Assembly (NCBI GenBank): GCA_040380025.1
Contig: JBEIJY010000031.1
Coordinates: 1-28,514 of the forward strand
Source: Bdellovibrionales bacterium
GTDB taxonomy: Bacteria; Bdellovibrionota; UBA1018; CAIMNF01
Direction: 5' to 3'
Length of the DNA stretch: 28,514 nt
Part shown: positions 27,401 through 28,514 of the stretch, piece after piece
How the letters are laid out: each line of letters begins with the position of its first letter
How positions within the stretch are numbered: the stretch's first letter is position 1
Made by a program: the position numbers and the translations under genes
Notes under the pieces: model-generated
Database searches by the model: none
The model's input: the letters and a program-made list of their open reading frames with translations, nothing else
What the model was told of the DNA's origin: nothing

Positions 27401-28514
27401 TCTCGGCGAATCGCGCAGGGTCAGTGTACCTGAAGGCTGTGAGCGCGAGTCTTGCCAGCGATTGCTCGAGTGCGATCACGGTCGCTCCGGGGGCATATGC
27501 CTTAAGCGACAGCGCGGTCACGCTTTCTGCAAGCACAGTCAACTCGGGCTCGTCCGTCACTGCGACCCTCACCACGAAAGATTCATATGGAAACGCAAAC
27601 CCATCCGGGCTTCCGGCCTTGGGCTCGATTGCCTTCACCTCGAGCATTGTTGGCGGAACCGGCTCTTTTGGCACGGTCTCGGCAACAGGCTCTGGCGTGT
27701 ACACCGCCTCGTTCACGGGAGCGGTCGCAGGAGCGGTCACGATCGGCGCTACGATTTCTTCGAGCGCGGTTGCAACGAGCGCGAATCTCACCGTGAACCC
27801 GGGTACCGCGGCTAAACTTGCCTTCACCACCCAGCCTTCGAGCACGAACACTGCAGGATCCACATTTGGAACCCAGCCGTTGGTCACAGTACAGGATGCC
27901 GAAGGAAACACCGTCACGAGTTCCACCGCCTCTGTGACGATCGCCATTGGCACGAATGCGGACTCGGGCACACTCTCGGGAACAGCAACCGTCAACGCAG
28001 TGAACGGCGTCGCGACCTTCTCGGACCTTTCGATCAATAAAACAGGCACTGGCTACACCCTCGCCGCCACAAGCTCAGGACTCACCGGAGCCACGAGCTC
28101 TTCGTTTGACGTAATTCCTGGCTCTGCTACGACCCTTGCAATCACGACCCAGCCTTCGAGCACGAATACAGCAGGAACGGCATTCGCGACCCAGCCGGTG
28201 GTCACAGTACAGGACGCCCAAGGAAACACAGTCACGAGTTCCACCGCCTCTGTGACCATCGCCATCGGCACCAATGCCGGCTCGGGCGCGCTTTCAGGAA
28301 CAGCAACCATCAGTGCCGTGAGTGGGGTCGCGACCTTCTCGGGCCTTTCGATCAATAAAACTGGCACCGGCTACACGCTCGCCGCCACAAGCTCAGGTCT
28401 CACCGGTGCAACCAGCTCGAGCTTCACCATTCAAGCCGGCGCGGCCTCCGCCCTTGCCTTCACGACCGAGCCGGGAAGCAATGCCACCGCCGGAGCCTCC
28501 CTCTCGACCCAGCC
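21433..28514 (+). CDS. Giant Ig-like/invasin-domain repeat surface lipoprotein (adhesin), >2360 aa, 3'-truncated by the window
   Basis: Frame 1 reads in-frame from ATG 21433 to the edge (spot-checked). Lipobox-like LAVSS-C (Cys at 21562), ADG...TITIQLRDAFGN, and repeated QPVVTVQDAxGN and GVATFSGLSINKTGTGYTL. Confidence 0.9.
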   Translation, partial: MIRLVPLLSTIARPTRHLTPGSPGRGASWLSIPLFVLSLAVSSCKLENPFQKIDPDLKSPPSADSNSSITSPGATAVIPDHIEIVSGNLQSGTVGTRLSQLLQWRAIDQNGDPIANAKFRVSAISTGGRTSTTSMTSDSNGLVRMSWTLGGSPGSQTLTVTGTDTYTGSPKILTFTATASAGSAAFSNSSISASGPVLADGADSSTITIQLRDAFGNAVVGVTPTFSATNTNNANTYGACSSTNSSGVSTCSMASGFAEWKAVSLRSPITKAGNIVLFYRYIGTKAKLEFSTTAPSATTAGATLSQSPTVRILDTRDRLVSASDSITIGMFSDAACTTAITTTPSGEQALTGTKQKNATAGVAVFNNLSINRAGMVYLKATSGTLSSPCSSAISVGAGAASASQSSVTVSSASVASGSSVTATLTAKDAFGNPNPSGIAGTGSIAFTSSIVGGTGTFGGVSDAGSGIYTADFTGILAGVVTIGATISSAAAGTSASLTVTAGTATKLAFTAGPSGVNTEDSVFTNQPVVTVQDAQGNTVTGSSAPVTLAIGSNPGSASLAGAITVNASNGIATFSGLYLDESGTGYTLTAASPGLTSITSASFDVEPSSATNLVFSTEPSTTGTAGSTFGIQPVIRAHDNDGATVTTYTGAITLSAYSDASCTTAISSTPNGSTPLGGTLTLSAIAGESTFSGLSARISGTVYLKASASGLSSACSGAITVAPGTYSAAESIVELSAGTVSSGSSVTATLTTKDAYGNLDPSGLPALGSIAFTSSIVGGTGTFGAVSAAGSGVYTADFTGVLAGAVTIGATISSVAVGTSANLTVNPGPATKLAFTTEVSSSNTAGASFGIQPVVTVQDAAGNTVTSSGASVDLVIGSNPGAGTLSGTATVSAVNGVATFSGLSINKTGTGYTLMATSAGLTDDTSSGFNVISGAATTLAITTQPSGSNTAGSAFGTQPVITVLDAEGNTVTGSTAPVTLTIDTNPGSGTLSGTATVNAVNGVATFSGLSINKTGTGYTLQASSTGLTDDTSTAFDVVPGAAASLAFTTEPASSATAGTAISTQPVVTVQDAQGNIVTGSSASIALSAFSDASCTTAIATTPNGSNTLDGTLSVSASSGVASFSDVTANRAGPVYLKAVAAALVSDCSSAVTVEPGVYSASESNLALSASTVASGSSVTATLSAKDQFGNSSPSGLPALGSIGMTSSSVGGTGTFSAISDAGSGVYTAQFTGVVVGAVSIDATISSAVAGASVNLTVTPGSASKLTFTTSPSSPNTAGAPFGTQPVVTVQDAEGNTVTGSNASIALAIGTNPGSGTLSGTATVSAVNGVATFSGLSLNKAGTGYTLTASSAGLTSDTSAAFDVVPGAPSKLTFVTEPSSPNTAGADFSTQPVVAVQDAEGNTVTGSTASITLAIDTNPSSGTLSGTATVNAVNGVATFSGLSINKSGTGYTLTVTSAGLTDDTSSALDVNPGPATTLAFTTEPANSATAGATLSTQPVVTVQDAEGNTVSGSSASIALSAFSDSSCTTAISTTPDGSTTLGGTVILNASSGVAGFAGISANRAGTVYLKAEASGLATDCSSAISVTPGAYTLSNSAVTLSSSSVNSGSSVTATLTAKDAYGNLDPSGLPALGSIAFTSSIVGGTGTFGAISAAGSGVYTASFTGAVAGAVTIGATISSSAVATSANLTVNPGTATKLAFTTEVSSSNTAGAAFATQPVVTVQDAEGNTVTSSGASVDLVIGSNPGTGTLSGTSTVNAVNGVATFSGLSINKTGTGYTLTAASAGLTDDTSSAFDVTPGTATTLAITTQPSSTNTAGTAFATQPVVTVLDAEGNTVTGSTAPVTLAIDTNPSAGTLSGTATVSAVNGVATFSGLSINKTGTGYTLRSSSTGLTDDTSTAFDVVPGAAVSLAFTTEPASSATAGASLSTQPVVTVMDAGGNTVSGSSANIELSAFSDASCTTAIATTPNASNTLDGTLTVNASSGVATFTGISANRAGSVYLKAVSASLASDCSSAITVAPGAYALSDSAVTLSASTVNSGSSVTATLTTKDSYGNANPSGLPALGSIAFTSSIVGGTGSFGTVSATGSGVYTASFTGAVAGAVTIGATISSSAVATSANLTVNPGTAAKLAFTTQPSSTNTAGSTFGTQPLVTVQDAEGNTVTSSTASVTIAIGTNADSGTLSGTATVNAVNGVATFSDLSINKTGTGYTLAATSSGLTGATSSSFDVIPGSATTLAITTQPSSTNTAGTAFATQPVVTVQDAQGNTVTSSTASVTIAIGTNAGSGALSGTATISAVSGVATFSGLSINKTGTGYTLAATSSGLTGATSSSFTIQAGAASALAFTTEPGSNATAGASLSTQ
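23265..28514 (+). repeat. Intragenic tandem repeat, 1296-bp (432-aa) unit, about 4 copies visible
   Basis: The SDxSCTT Cys codons lie at 23416, 24712, 26008 and 27304, exactly 1296 apart. Confidence 0.9.

Noticed and set aside
21500..28514. Many short ORFs on the minus strand and in alternative frames; CRISPR-like periodicity
   Set aside because: They are shadows of the frame-1 adhesin. The repeats are long coding modules with no repeat-spacer pattern.

Overview
Bacterial chromosomal window of about 28.5 kb; gene content is suggestive of Bdellovibrionota/Oligoflexia, which is inferred and not proven. 1-1592 is the end of an integrated element (HTH/xis and an intact tyrosine integrase) closed by a 19-bp tRNA-Ala/tmRNA-type 3' end and a terminator. 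A decay zone follows, with an IS2-like remnant, a broken IS407-like IS3 element and AbiEii-like and DUF1643 fragments around a GT4 glycosyltransferase. Next come a SEC-C protein, a MycE-like methyltransferase, an HI0933 flavoprotein, three secreted hypotheticals, an OprO/P porin and a CesT/YbjN-like protein. The highlight is a tightly coupled 5-gene minus-strand operon (18313->13706): secreted FlgO/CsgG-like plus beta-barrel protein, TPR protein, FliF(RBM3)-TM-FliG fusion, MotA and MotB. It looks like a stand-alone minimal rotary motor, with no other flagellar genes in the window. Divergent from it are tonB and a ZnuD-like receptor with a Zur-like box and one in-frame TAG. The window ends in a giant (>2360 aa, open-ended) Ig-like repeat lipoprotein adhesin with an exact 1296-bp period that the ORF track missed.
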